Assembly (NCBI GenBank): GCA_030697645.1
Contig: JAUYPI010000015.1
Span: 15,583 to 79,582, forward strand
Source: a bacterium
GTDB taxonomy: Bacteria > Patescibacteriota > Minisyncoccia > Phycocordibacterales > VMGT01
DNA length: 64,000 bases
Reading direction: 5' to 3'
The notes under the pieces were generated by a model. It worked only from the letters and a program-made list of their open reading frames with translations. It was not told the origin of the DNA and ran no database searches. Positions 54,613 to 63,829 of the stretch are shown here, piece by piece (position 1 is the stretch's first letter; each line of letters opens with the position of its first letter). Position numbers and translations under genes: made by a program.

Positions 54613-57600
54613 ATGGATTCTCCATCTCAAGAGCGCATATCGCGCGGTTCTCTTACCGTTCTGGGCGAAGACGATCTGGATGTTCAGCTTCGCGAGGCTG
54701 AGCGCAGTAAGGCGATCCTTAAGGAACGCATGGGGGCAGAGAGCGAGGGTGGCTCAAAAGAAAAACGTTTGGCGGAGCAGGAGCTTCAACGTATGCTCGG
54801 TGAGGGCGATGGCGGCACGGGACGTGAGTCGGAAGTAGAAGCCGCGCGCGGAGAGCGGAACCCGGCACCTTCCACGGAAGGCGCTGAGCGGAGCGATAGG
54901 AAGGTTTCCGCGCCTCCCGAACCTCTGCCGGAGATGGGCTTGGCAAAGAAATTCCCGTCGGTGCCACCTGTGACCGAGAGTTCTCGGAGAGACGAAGACC
55001 CTGCATGGGATGCATTTTTTGGCGACGTAGAGGACGTCTCGCACACGGGAGGGGCCGAGATAGGGGAGCGCGAGGAACCCGCCGCACCTTCCCCGCGAGA
55101 CGCCGCAGCGATTGCGCCAGGGGGTGCGTCGGCTGCGCCTCGGGTATCCGAGCGCGCGGGTGCGGCAGGCGCTGCGGCCGAGTCGGCGGTCCCCATCAAG
55201 CTCGACCAGAGCGAGATGGGCGAGGAGGAGAAAAAGGCAGCGGCGCAAATTTTCGCGGAGATCGAAAAGCTGCCGCCGACCGAGCGCGAGGAGGTGGCGC
55301 TCGGATTTGAGAACTGGAATCTCGCCGTGAAGAAATTTAAGGGCCGTATTATTGACCGCGCGGTGAGCGCGGTGCCCGGTGCGCGCAAAGTCGAGTTTAT
55401 TGATGCGTGGGCGCGCAATTTCAATAAAGAGTATCTTGCGGCAAAGCGTGACATCGAGCGGATTCGCGAGGAGAAAGAGAGCGGCACCTACGCCACAAAG
55501 GGTTGGTGGGGGCAGGCGAAAAACATAGGGTATCTTTACGGTACTGCGGCAAAGTTTGCGCGGCCGGCGCTTTCTGCCGCAGGGTTCATGGGCTGGCCGT
55601 ATAAAGTGTGGATGCTCGGCGCGCTCGCTGCCGCGCGCGCGGCAGAGGTGGGAGCGCAAGTTTCGAGGCAGCGGGTGGCGACGACGCTCCGCGGCATGGA
55701 TGAGAGGGAGGCAGACGAGGCGGCTTCAGAGTTGCGTGCGATGGAGAGCGCGTCTGCTGCGATTAGCCGAGAAGGGGAGGACGCAGAAGCCCGCCGTGAC
55801 TACGAACTTGAGGCGCATGAGGGGCTGCCGGCTGAGTATCAAGCAGCATATGATGAAGCGTGGAATTTGTATGCAGAGGCACGCGAGAAACCCGCTGGGG
55901 GTGAACAGGCGACGAGGGAGGCGCTTGACGCGGTATACGCAAGCAGCCTGCCTCAGGGTCTTGCCGAGCGCATCGCACTCGGAAGCGAAGATCAACAACG
56001 TGATTGGCTTGCACAGCGGATGCAGCGGAAGGTAGGTGAGCGCATCGGAGGAATTGTGCAAGAGATTGATGCGGCGAAGACGCCGGAAGAAAAAGAGGCG
56101 CTGGTGAAAAAACACCGCGCAACGCTTGAGAAGTACGACGCGCTCATTGATTCGACCGGCCGCGTGCACGTGACTGCAGTGCGACTTGATCGGCTTGCGA
56201 CAGCCGGTAAGCTCGCGGTTGCAGGGCTTGCGATTGAGACCGGCGTCAGCGGCGGGTGGGCGCTCGCCGGAGCGGTTAAGTATTGGTGGGAGAGAGTCGA
56301 GCTGGTAGCGAACACAGAGGCGGCTCATTTTGAGAGTCGCGGACAGAAAGCTCCGTTTGAGTTTCGCGACAAAGAAGCTCCGTCTGTGCCTGATGCCCCC
56401 ACACAGCCGCCTACAGCGTCGTCGGCACCACCACCGGTGCCGACCGCGCCGCTCTCTCCGTCACTGCCAGAGGCTCCTGCCGCAGAGGTGAGCGCGGCGG
56501 AGGCGGAGGAGTTACCCAAGGCGCCTGCCGTCGCAGTAGGGGCCGCTGTTGCGCCGCGAATGGATGCAGAAGTCGAGAGTGGTGAGCGTGAACGAGGAAC
56601 TCCCACCGAGGGCGAGCAGTTCTCTGTAGCAGTGGAGGAACCTCACGCGGCAGAGGCGGCATCTCGTGTGGAAGCAGTACCCGAGCAAGCCATTGCGGCC
56701 GAAGAGGTGACAGGGGTACACGCTGGAGTCGAGACAGGACATCGAGGAATCGCGGCGGCAGCGCGAGAGGCTGCGGAGAGTGAGCGTGCGGTGGATAGCA
56801 CTGGCGTGCTCGCGGAGGACGTGGCTACCACAGAGGAGGCCGAAAAAGCAGTTGCCGCCATGCGCGAGACACACGCGGAATCAGTGCTTCCCGGGCGCGA
56901 GAGGCTTCCCGTGCGCAAGGGCGATTCGCCGCTGAGGCTCGCGAAGAAGCTCTACGCAGCGCGTGCGCAAGAACTCGGCTACACCGGTGATATGAAAAAC
57001 GCGGCCGCGCTCGAGCGCTGGGCTACTCGCGCGAGCACGCGGCAGTATGTCGGGCAGTGGCTCGTCGAGCACGCAGGGGATAGCAAAGAGCCGATGGCGC
57101 AGAAGTTTTTTGAAGACGTTGAACACGAGCAGCTCCTCGCGCGCTGGAAGGAGCACGCCGATCGCGGCGCGCTTGAGACGCTCGTGCGGCACCTTCGCGT
57201 CGGGGATTTTAACGATATTCTCAAAGAGAAGGCGCCGAACCTCTCTCTTGCGGGCGGCCATATTGAGCTCGATGAGCGCGGCAATATACTCTCCATTGAC
57301 TCCAAAGGCGATCGTCTCTTGGGCCACAGCGCGGAGCGTCGAGCTTCACTGTCGCCGATCGGAGAACGGGAACCTGTATCTCCGAGGCGCGACACAGTGG
57401 CAGAGCGTGAGCAACCAAGTGTGGTCTCCGTGTCGGGAGAGCATCGTGGTGCGCCCCGCGAGGCAGACACTCCTTTGAGCTACACGTCATTCTGGGAGCG
57501 GAGCGGCTTTGAGAAACCTGCGATCGTTCAGAGCGTGGCGGAGAGGGCGGGGATTACACCGCAGGCACTTGACCGCAGGGAGGAGCTCCTCCTTGACTTC

Positions 57601-58233
57601 TGGGGCAAGCACCCGCACGCTATTGCGCACGACTCGCCCCGCGAGGCGCGTCAGCTTTTTGAGACGCTCTCGCGGGATCCAGCGAAACTTGAAAGCCAGC
57701 TTTCGTTCCTTGACCACTTTGCGTACCGCCGCGAGACGCTCTCCGAAGCCGAGCAGGTGCTTCGCGTGGCCGACTTACTTTCCGAGCGGGTAGCTGCAAC
57801 CGACATCTATCGTTCGATTCTTGCGAATTATGAGGCGGTGCGGCACGTGGCTGATGCTACCCGTCAGGCCGATATTCTCGAACTCTTTCTCTCGCACGGC
57901 GCAAGCAAGCAGCCGCTCGAGCGGCTCACCTTGGGTTGGAACCGTACGCTCTTTCGCGGCGTGTCCGCCTCGCTCGATGAGAGTCTTGATCTCCGTGTGC
58001 GATTTTCGGTACGCAGCAACGCGGTACCAGTAGATATGATTCTCTACCGCAACGGTCGCGTAGCCGTTGACGGGCACGGCTTTGATGGCAATTGGCCAGC
58101 ACGCCGTTTTAAGGCGAATGCCCTACCGCTTACCGAAGACTCGCTTCGCGAAGCACTCGCATTCATTAGCCGATCGGATGGCGAGGGCGCAGTATTCATG
58201 AAGTCCGAGAGGAATGAAGGAATGGGAGGCTAA
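54613..58233 (+). CDS. Large hypothetical membrane-associated protein (1206 aa)
   Basis: Long acidic / Ala-rich low-complexity stretches. Two predicted TM helices at about aa 330-350 and 560-585. The C-terminal ~350 aa are structured. No recognisable family. Confidence 0.4.
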   Translation: MDSPSQERISRGSLTVLGEDDLDVQLREAERSKAILKERMGAESEGGSKEKRLAEQELQRMLGEGDGGTGRESEVEAARGERNPAPSTEGAERSDRKVSAPPEPLPEMGLAKKFPSVPPVTESSRRDEDPAWDAFFGDVEDVSHTGGAEIGEREEPAAPSPRDAAAIAPGGASAAPRVSERAGAAGAAAESAVPIKLDQSEMGEEEKKAAAQIFAEIEKLPPTEREEVALGFENWNLAVKKFKGRIIDRAVSAVPGARKVEFIDAWARNFNKEYLAAKRDIERIREEKESGTYATKGWWGQAKNIGYLYGTAAKFARPALSAAGFMGWPYKVWMLGALAAARAAEVGAQVSRQRVATTLRGMDEREADEAASELRAMESASAAISREGEDAEARRDYELEAHEGLPAEYQAAYDEAWNLYAEAREKPAGGEQATREALDAVYASSLPQGLAERIALGSEDQQRDWLAQRMQRKVGERIGGIVQEIDAAKTPEEKEALVKKHRATLEKYDALIDSTGRVHVTAVRLDRLATAGKLAVAGLAIETGVSGGWALAGAVKYWWERVELVANTEAAHFESRGQKAPFEFRDKEAPSVPDAPTQPPTASSAPPPVPTAPLSPSLPEAPAAEVSAAEAEELPKAPAVAVGAAVAPRMDAEVESGERERGTPTEGEQFSVAVEEPHAAEAASRVEAVPEQAIAAEEVTGVHAGVETGHRGIAAAAREAAESERAVDSTGVLAEDVATTEEAEKAVAAMRETHAESVLPGRERLPVRKGDSPLRLAKKLYAARAQELGYTGDMKNAAALERWATRASTRQYVGQWLVEHAGDSKEPMAQKFFEDVEHEQLLARWKEHADRGALETLVRHLRVGDFNDILKEKAPNLSLAGGHIELDERGNILSIDSKGDRLLGHSAERRASLSPIGEREPVSPRRDTVAEREQPSVVSVSGEHRGAPREADTPLSYTSFWERSGFEKPAIVQSVAERAGITPQALDRREELLLDFWGKHPHAIAHDSPREARQLFETLSRDPAKLESQLSFLDHFAYRRETLSEAEQVLRVADLLSERVAATDIYRSILANYEAVRHVADATRQADILELFLSHGASKQPLERLTLGWNRTLFRGVSASLDESLDLRVRFSVRSNAVPVDMILYRNGRVAVDGHGFDGNWPARRFKANALPLTEDSLREALAFISRSDGEGAVFMKSERNEGMGG

Positions 58234-59393
58234 AATTCTCGGAAATCAAATGTCGGCGTGGTCACACACTGCGCGGTATCGATTATACAAAGGGCAGTAC
58301 AGGTGAGTTGGCCGCCGATGAAACCTTCGCTCTGGCAGGTCGAGGGACCGAAATCTTCAGTGTCGCACTTCTCGGCGAGTTGCCGGATGGCATCCCCACA
58401 CTGGTAAACAAAGAGTGTGACAGGCGCGGTTGCCTCACCGTCCCGGCTATCTCGAATGGTGTAGGTGAAGGTTTCTTCGGGGAGGCTAAAAAATCTGGGG
58501 CTTGCACTTGGTGTGTAGCGGAGTAAGGCACCGCCGCTGATTATGGTAACGGTGCCGTTTGCGGGTTGTGTTACCGACACGATGGTGATGGGGTCGCCGT
58601 CCGGATCGGAGTCCGGGGTTGGGGGTTGCGCTCCGCAGTTTGCAAGTACGTCGAGGTCTGTGGAAAGCGCGACAATGCTTTCATTTGCGAAGCAGTTATC
58701 CGCCACGGCGACGGGCGGATCGTTGAACGTATCGTTGAACGTGACGTCGGTAAACTCGATCCAGCCCGGGCCGCCATCTATGGAGCCATTGCCGTCCGTA
58801 TCGTCGCCTCCCCACGCAAACCCCTGGATTTTGCCGCCGCGCACCTCGAGCACTTCGACGGTGACGCCATGATTGTTTGAGCCCGTGCAGCCGCCCGGTT
58901 CTGACAAGCAATTGAGACTGATCCATCCGTCCCAACCGCCGCCGAAGGAGAGCGCCCGCGCCCAGCCGGTAATGGCGCCGGTGACTCTGTTTGCGCGCGC
59001 CTCACAGGGCGCGAGCGGGCAGCCGGGCTGTGGGTTGAAGTCAATCCAGCCGATGCCTGCAGGCGAGGGGCCCGGGTCGCCTGTTCCTCCCCATGCGTAG
59101 CCGGAGAGAACGTCGGTATTGATGTCAAGGTGCACGCCGTAATTGGTGCTTGCGCAGACGAACGGATCATTCGTGCAGTTGAAGCTGATCCAGCCGAAGC
59201 CGCCGTCAACGACGTCGTCGTTATCATCATCCGCTTCGCTCCATGCCCAACCCGTGAGGTTGTGCGTGCTGTCGGCGTGGGTGAGGGGCAGCAGCGATGT
59301 GTGGAAAAATAGCAGCGCAAGCGCGGCGAGCGCGAGAGGGATGATGATGAAGCCGACGCGCATGCGAAATTTCATACCTCTATAATAGCGCAT
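58230..59393 (-). CDS. Secreted repeat protein
   Basis: Signal anchor and four G-x-A-W...G-W-I-x-F-N-C repeats. A DPDGDPITIVSVTQPANGTVTI segment resembles the C-terminal domain of the 23903 and 25712 proteins. C-terminal Cys-rich tail CGDAIRQLAEKCDTEDFGPSTCQSEGFIGGQLTC. Converges on and overlaps 54613..58233 by 4 nt. Confidence 0.45.
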   Translation of the reverse strand: MRYYRGMKFRMRVGFIIIPLALAALALLFFHTSLLPLTHADSTHNLTGWAWSEADDDNDDVVDGGFGWISFNCTNDPFVCASTNYGVHLDINTDVLSGYAWGGTGDPGPSPAGIGWIDFNPQPGCPLAPCEARANRVTGAITGWARALSFGGGWDGWISLNCLSEPGGCTGSNNHGVTVEVLEVRGGKIQGFAWGGDDTDGNGSIDGGPGWIEFTDVTFNDTFNDPPVAVADNCFANESIVALSTDLDVLANCGAQPPTPDSDPDGDPITIVSVTQPANGTVTIISGGALLRYTPSASPRFFSLPEETFTYTIRDSRDGEATAPVTLFVYQCGDAIRQLAEKCDTEDFGPSTCQSEGFIGGQLTCTALCIIDTAQCVTTPTFDFREF

Positions 59394-59435
59394 GACGAGA
59401 GCGTCGCGGTGGAGTTATCCACACCACTTAAATTT

Positions 59436-59760
59436 TCAAATTATCAATTTTCAATTTCCAATCAATTTTCCAATGACACAATTTTCAAACACGACGTCGT
59501 TCGTCATTGAAATATTAGACCTCTCCAGAAAGTCATTTCTACTGCAATTTTTGGTTTTCGGCTGCGACTTCGTCAGACGTCGCAAAATGATTCTCGCCGT
59601 ACATCCAGTACGCCGTCGAATCATTTTGCTCGTCTTCCTCGTCTCGCTCGAAAACCAAAAATTTCGTCGCGAAATGACTTTTTGGAGAGGTCTATTGAAA
59701 ATTCATTGAAAATTGATAATTGGAAATTGAAAATTATGAGTCCGTTTTGGTGATTATGAT
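59436..59760. repeat. Hairpin-array element (AATTTTCAAT family) carrying a 190-nt internal palindromic cargo
   Basis: Arms and core caaacacgacgtcgttcgtcattgaaat, then a nested palindrome gacctctccagaaagtcatttc...ttttggttttcg...cgaaaaccaaaaa...gaaatgacttttggagaggtc, then attgaaaattcattgaaaattgataattggaaattgaaaatt. Confidence 0.75.
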
Positions 59761-59811
59761 AAAATTTTACAGATTTGAGATTTGAGTTTAATACGGTGTT
59801 ATACTAACCGC

Positions 59812-62679
59812 ATGGATCTTTCTCCCAACCGGACTCTCGAGCGGCGTTCTGAGAGGCATGAGGACGAGCTCTCGGAGCTTCGAGTGCGTCTTGCCCAGGC
59901 TGAGCTCGCGGCTGAGCGCGCGCGCGGGGAGCGGCTGTCTCACGAGACCCGGGAGCGCCTCGCGAGCGAGGAACTTACAAGACACCGCGAGGAGCAAGAG
60001 GCGCACGGCGCGGCGAGCCCGGCCGAGACGGCGGCGATCGTGCTTGACCTCGCGCCGGAGAGTCATGATAGTCAGGTCGGGCTCCTCCTTGGCGTCGCAC
60101 GAGATCAGAGTGTCGGCGTGGCGCTTTCCGCCGCGCACAAGCTCGGCAATCCCCACATCGAGGACGATTTTCACCGCGCGCTCGTCGAGTATATCCGCGA
60201 GGGCTATCCCGCCGAGGGAGTGCGCGAGCGGGATCGGCTTTGGAAAGTGCTCCACATGACGCTCTACGAGATTCTCTTGCCGGAATTGCCGCAGGGAGGC
60301 GAGGCGCGCGAGCGCGGTCTCAAAGGGGTGCTCTCTTCGATGGAGCAGTTTTACTCCGGGATGCGCTCGCTTGCCGAGGGAGCGCGGGGAGGGGACATAT
60401 ACGCGCTCGAACTTGCGCTCCCAAACGTCGGGGACGAGGTGAGCTTCTACGTCGCGGTGCCGAGCGCGCGGCGCGACCTCTTTGAAAAGCAGCTGCTTGC
60501 CGTCTTCCCGCGCGCCGAGATCATTCCGCAGCACAACGACTACAACATTTTCAATGAGCGCGGAGCGCATGCGGCGGTGGTCGCGGCGTTTGGTGCGCGG
60601 CCGGCCTTGCCGCTCCGGCTTTACGAGAGCTTCGACTATGATCCTCTCAATGTCATCGCGAATGCGTTTTCAAAAATAGAACGCGCGGGCGAGGGCGCGG
60701 CGCTTCAGTTCCTGGTTCGCCCCTCGGGCGGCGAGCGCTACCAGCGGCACTTTCGCACCATACTGAAGAACGTGCGTGAAGGGATGCTGCTCGCGGAAGC
60801 GCTCGAAACCCCGGAGAGCATACTTGGCGAGTTCGCGGCGAGCGTGCGGGATTTTGTTTTCCAGCGAAAAAAATCGAAACGCGAGGAAGAAGACAGAAAA
60901 CAAAAACCGCCGAGCGTAGACCAGGCAGGAGTGGAACTCCTCGAGCGCAAGGTGGCGACTCCTCTCGTCGAGGCCGCAATCCGCATCGTCGCGTCGGCTG
61001 GAGACGAGCCCCGGGCCCGGGCGATCCTCGACGAACTTGTCGCCGCGTTCCACCAGTTTGAGGACCCGCAGGGGAACCGCCTGCGCTTCTCTCGTCTCTC
61101 GCGCGGCGCGCTCTCTGCCGGCCTTCGCTCCTTCAGTTTTCGCGAGACCGGCGCCGCACCTCTGCTCCCGCTCTCGCTCCGCGAGCTCACTACGCTCTTT
61201 CATTTCCCGGTCGCAGGAGAGCTCGCGACGCCGCAGGTGAGGTTCTCACGCGCTCGAGCCGGCGCGGCGCCCGCGCTCGCCTCGTTTAGAGATACATCCC
61301 GAGCGGTGAGCGCCCCTGCCGCGGCAAGCTCCGCTTATAGCGATCGCGTCGTACGCGACGCGACTTCGGGTGCGACGAGCGCAGCTCGGCAGAGCGAGGG
61401 GGTGGCGCTCGGCGTGAACCGCTTTCGTGGCGCCGAGACTCGCGTCTCGATCGCGCCGGAGGACCGGTTGCGGCATCTCTATGTGATCGGCCAGACCGGG
61501 ACGGGCAAGTCGACGCTCCTGCGGAACATGATCGTCGAGGACATCGCCGCGGGCGAAGGCGTGTGCATGATAGATCCGCACGGCTCGGATGTCGCGGAAG
61601 TGCTTGCGGCCGTGCCGCGCGAGCGCTACGGTGACGTGATTTACTTTGACCCGGGCTATAGCGCGCGTCCGATGGCGCTCAATATGCTCGAGTATGACTC
61701 GAGGCACCCGGAGCAAAAAACGTTCGTCGTGAACGAGCTCCTCGGCATTTTCCGCAAGCTCTTCGGCGCAGTCCCCGAGTCGATGGGGCCAGCGTTCGAG
61801 CAGTACTTCCGCAACAGTGCGCTTCTCGTGATGGAGGATCCCGCCTCCGGCAACACCCTCGTTGATGTCGCGCGCGTCTTATCCGACAAGCGTTTTCGCG
61901 AGCGGAAACTCGCGCAGAACCGCAACCCCCTCATCGCGCAGTTCTGGGAGAATGCCGAGCGCACGACCGGCGAGCAGGCGCTCGCGAACTTCGCGCAGTA
62001 CGTGACCAACAAGTTCGACGTCTTCCTCTCGAATGACGTCATGCGTCCGATCATCGCGCAGCAGCATTCGGCGTTTTCGTTCCGCGACGTGATGGACGGG
62101 CGGAAAGTGCTGCTCGTCAATCTCGCTAAGGGGCGGCTCGGGGATATCAACGCGCACCTCATCGGGCTTGTTCTCGTGGGGAAAATCTTGATGGCTGCGC
62201 TCTCGCGGGTTGACACCCCCGGGCTCGCGCTCCCGCCGTTTTACCTCTATCTTGACGAGTTTCAAAACATTACGACCGACTCGATTGCGGTGATCCTCTC
62301 CGAGGCGCGCAAGTACGGCCTCGGACTCACGATCGCGCACCAGTTTATCGGCCAGCTCTCGGAGAACATCCGCGACGCGGTCTTCGGCAATGTCGGTTCA
62401 CTCGTCGCGTTCCGCGTCGGCGCGGACGACGCCGAGGTGCTCGAGAAGCAGTTCGCGCCGGACTTCCGGGCGCACGACCTGATGAATATCGAAAACCGAA
62501 ACGCGTACGTGCGCCTGCTCTCGCACGGCCGTCCGACGAAGCCTTTCACGATTGAGACTGAGCCGCCGGAGAGCGGCGAGCCACTACAGGTTGAAGACTT
62601 GAAGCTCCGGTCTTATACCCGCTACGGCCGTCCGCGGGAGGAAGTGGAGAACGAAATCTTAGAGCGATATCGAGCGTAA
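59812..62679 (+). CDS. VirD4/TraG/TraD-like coupling-protein-type ATPase with a ~450-aa N-terminal domain of unknown function
   Basis: Walker A YVIGQTGTGKSTLLRNM, Walker B FYLYLDEFQN, then SEARKYGLGLTIAHQFIGQL...GNVGSLVAFRVGADDAE, which matches the T4SS coupling-protein C-terminal region (ARKYG...QS.SQL). No N-terminal TM segments. The family assignment is from memory, not a search. Confidence 0.55.
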   Translation: MDLSPNRTLERRSERHEDELSELRVRLAQAELAAERARGERLSHETRERLASEELTRHREEQEAHGAASPAETAAIVLDLAPESHDSQVGLLLGVARDQSVGVALSAAHKLGNPHIEDDFHRALVEYIREGYPAEGVRERDRLWKVLHMTLYEILLPELPQGGEARERGLKGVLSSMEQFYSGMRSLAEGARGGDIYALELALPNVGDEVSFYVAVPSARRDLFEKQLLAVFPRAEIIPQHNDYNIFNERGAHAAVVAAFGARPALPLRLYESFDYDPLNVIANAFSKIERAGEGAALQFLVRPSGGERYQRHFRTILKNVREGMLLAEALETPESILGEFAASVRDFVFQRKKSKREEEDRKQKPPSVDQAGVELLERKVATPLVEAAIRIVASAGDEPRARAILDELVAAFHQFEDPQGNRLRFSRLSRGALSAGLRSFSFRETGAAPLLPLSLRELTTLFHFPVAGELATPQVRFSRARAGAAPALASFRDTSRAVSAPAAASSAYSDRVVRDATSGATSAARQSEGVALGVNRFRGAETRVSIAPEDRLRHLYVIGQTGTGKSTLLRNMIVEDIAAGEGVCMIDPHGSDVAEVLAAVPRERYGDVIYFDPGYSARPMALNMLEYDSRHPEQKTFVVNELLGIFRKLFGAVPESMGPAFEQYFRNSALLVMEDPASGNTLVDVARVLSDKRFRERKLAQNRNPLIAQFWENAERTTGEQALANFAQYVTNKFDVFLSNDVMRPIIAQQHSAFSFRDVMDGRKVLLVNLAKGRLGDINAHLIGLVLVGKILMAALSRVDTPGLALPPFYLYLDEFQNITTDSIAVILSEARKYGLGLTIAHQFIGQLSENIRDAVFGNVGSLVAFRVGADDAEVLEKQFAPDFRAHDLMNIENRNAYVRLLSHGRPTKPFTIETEPPESGEPLQVEDLKLRSYTRYGRPREEVENEILERYRA

Positions 62680-62682
62680 GAG

Positions 62683-62839
62683 CCTGTCCACTATCTTGCT
62701 TTCGAGATGAAATTTTCTGATTTTGAGCGAGACGAAGTCAAAAATTGCGAGGAATATCGAGATATTTCGAGAAATTTTTGACAAGTCGCAGCCAAAATCA
62801 GGAAATTTCAGGCCGGAATGAAGATAGTGGATAGGCTCT
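62683..62839. mobile_element. MITE-like element with 18-bp perfect terminal inverted repeats
   Basis: gagcctgtccactatctt ... aagatagtggataggctc flanking about 120 nt of AT-rich non-coding sequence with internal repeats (aaatttttgac / gtcaaaaattg). Confidence 0.55.
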
Positions 62840-62848
62840 AAGTGAAAT

Positions 62849-63046
62849 ATGACTCCGGAAAAACAGTACGAAAAGTTCGCCGAATGGTTCGAGCGCGCAG
62901 CGCTTGTCTTTCTCGCATCGTTGGTTGTGCAGCAGATTGTCTCTGGGGTATCGCCATGGAGCCGGTCGGTACTTTTAGGAATGATAGCGGCCGGAGCGCT
63001 CTACGCTGCGGCATATGGCCTTGTTCGTAAGAGTATGGTACGTTAA
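62849..63046 (+). CDS. Small hypothetical membrane protein (65 aa)
   Basis: Two hydrophobic helices (AALVFLASLVVQQIV, LLGMIAAGALYAAAYGL). Confidence 0.3.
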   Translation: MTPEKQYEKFAEWFERAALVFLASLVVQQIVSGVSPWSRSVLLGMIAAGALYAAAYGLVRKSMVR

Positions 63047-63050
63047 ATAT

Positions 63051-63149
63051 ATGGATGGTTTTACTGCCATATATATATTTGGCATAATTCTTGGCCTTGC
63101 TGGCTTGTACCTTGCGTATTGGCCTGAGAAAAAACACGGTCATCCGTAG
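63051..63149 (+). CDS. Candidate 32-aa single-TM peptide
   Basis: ATG at 63051: MDGFTAIYIFGIILGLAGLYLAYWPEKKHGHP. Below the ORF-track size cut-off. Lies between the previous small ORF and ndk. Confidence 0.2.
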   Translation: MDGFTAIYIFGIILGLAGLYLAYWPEKKHGHP

Positions 63150-63179
63150 ATCGTGGAGGGCGTTGCACGTTTCCCCATT

Positions 63180-63764
63180 ATGCAAAAACTCCGCGAAGAA
63201 CAAACGTTTCTCCTGATCAAGCCCGACGGCGTCCGCAAGGGGCTCGTCGGCGAGGTGCTGAAGCGCATCGAGCAGCGCGATCTCAAGATCGTCGCGCTGG
63301 AGATGTTTGCGGCCTCGCGTGAGCAGGTGGACGAGCACTACCCGAAGGACCCTGCGTGGGTGCGCCGCCTCGGCGAGAAGTCGCTCGCGACGTACCACAA
63401 GTACGGCATGGATGCTGCCGCCGAGCTCGGCACGGACGACCCCGACGAGATAGGTAAGATGGTGCGGCGCTGGCTCGTGGACTATATGGTCTCCGCACCG
63501 CTTGTGCGTATGGTTGTGCAGGGTATTCACGCGGTTGACATGGTGCGCAAGATTTGCGGGCCGACGATGCCCTACATCGCCGACATGGGGACAATCCGCG
63601 GCGATTTTTCCGCTGACTCTCCCGCGATTGCAAACAGCGAGAAGCGGGCGGTAATGAACCTCGTGCATGCCTCGGAGACTCCGGAGGAGGCGGCGCACGA
63701 GATCGGATTTTGGTTCGGCGACCGAAAGGCGTTTCAGTACAAACGCTTCGGCATTGATGAATGA
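63180..63764 (+). CDS. ndk: Nucleoside diphosphate kinase (long form)
   Basis: TFLLIKPDGVRKGLVGEVLKRIE and active-site N..H.S block (NLVHASETPEEAAHEIGFWF). Start taken at MQKLREEQ (63180). Confidence 0.75.
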   Translation: MQKLREEQTFLLIKPDGVRKGLVGEVLKRIEQRDLKIVALEMFAASREQVDEHYPKDPAWVRRLGEKSLATYHKYGMDAAAELGTDDPDEIGKMVRRWLVDYMVSAPLVRMVVQGIHAVDMVRKICGPTMPYIADMGTIRGDFSADSPAIANSEKRAVMNLVHASETPEEAAHEIGFWFGDRKAFQYKRFGIDE

Positions 63765-63829
63765 TGGGTAGGGAGGCGAGGGATTTTCAGGCAGTTCCCA
63801 GAGAGCGAGCAGCAGGATTTTTGAAGCAT

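Noticed and set aside
54754-56328. Several ORFs of 200-300 aa antisense to or overlapping the 1206-aa gene
   Set aside because: All are Arg/Pro/Ala-rich translations of the GC-rich low-complexity coding strand. The 1206-aa plus-strand frame is uninterrupted over 3.6 kb, which is strong evidence that it is the real gene.
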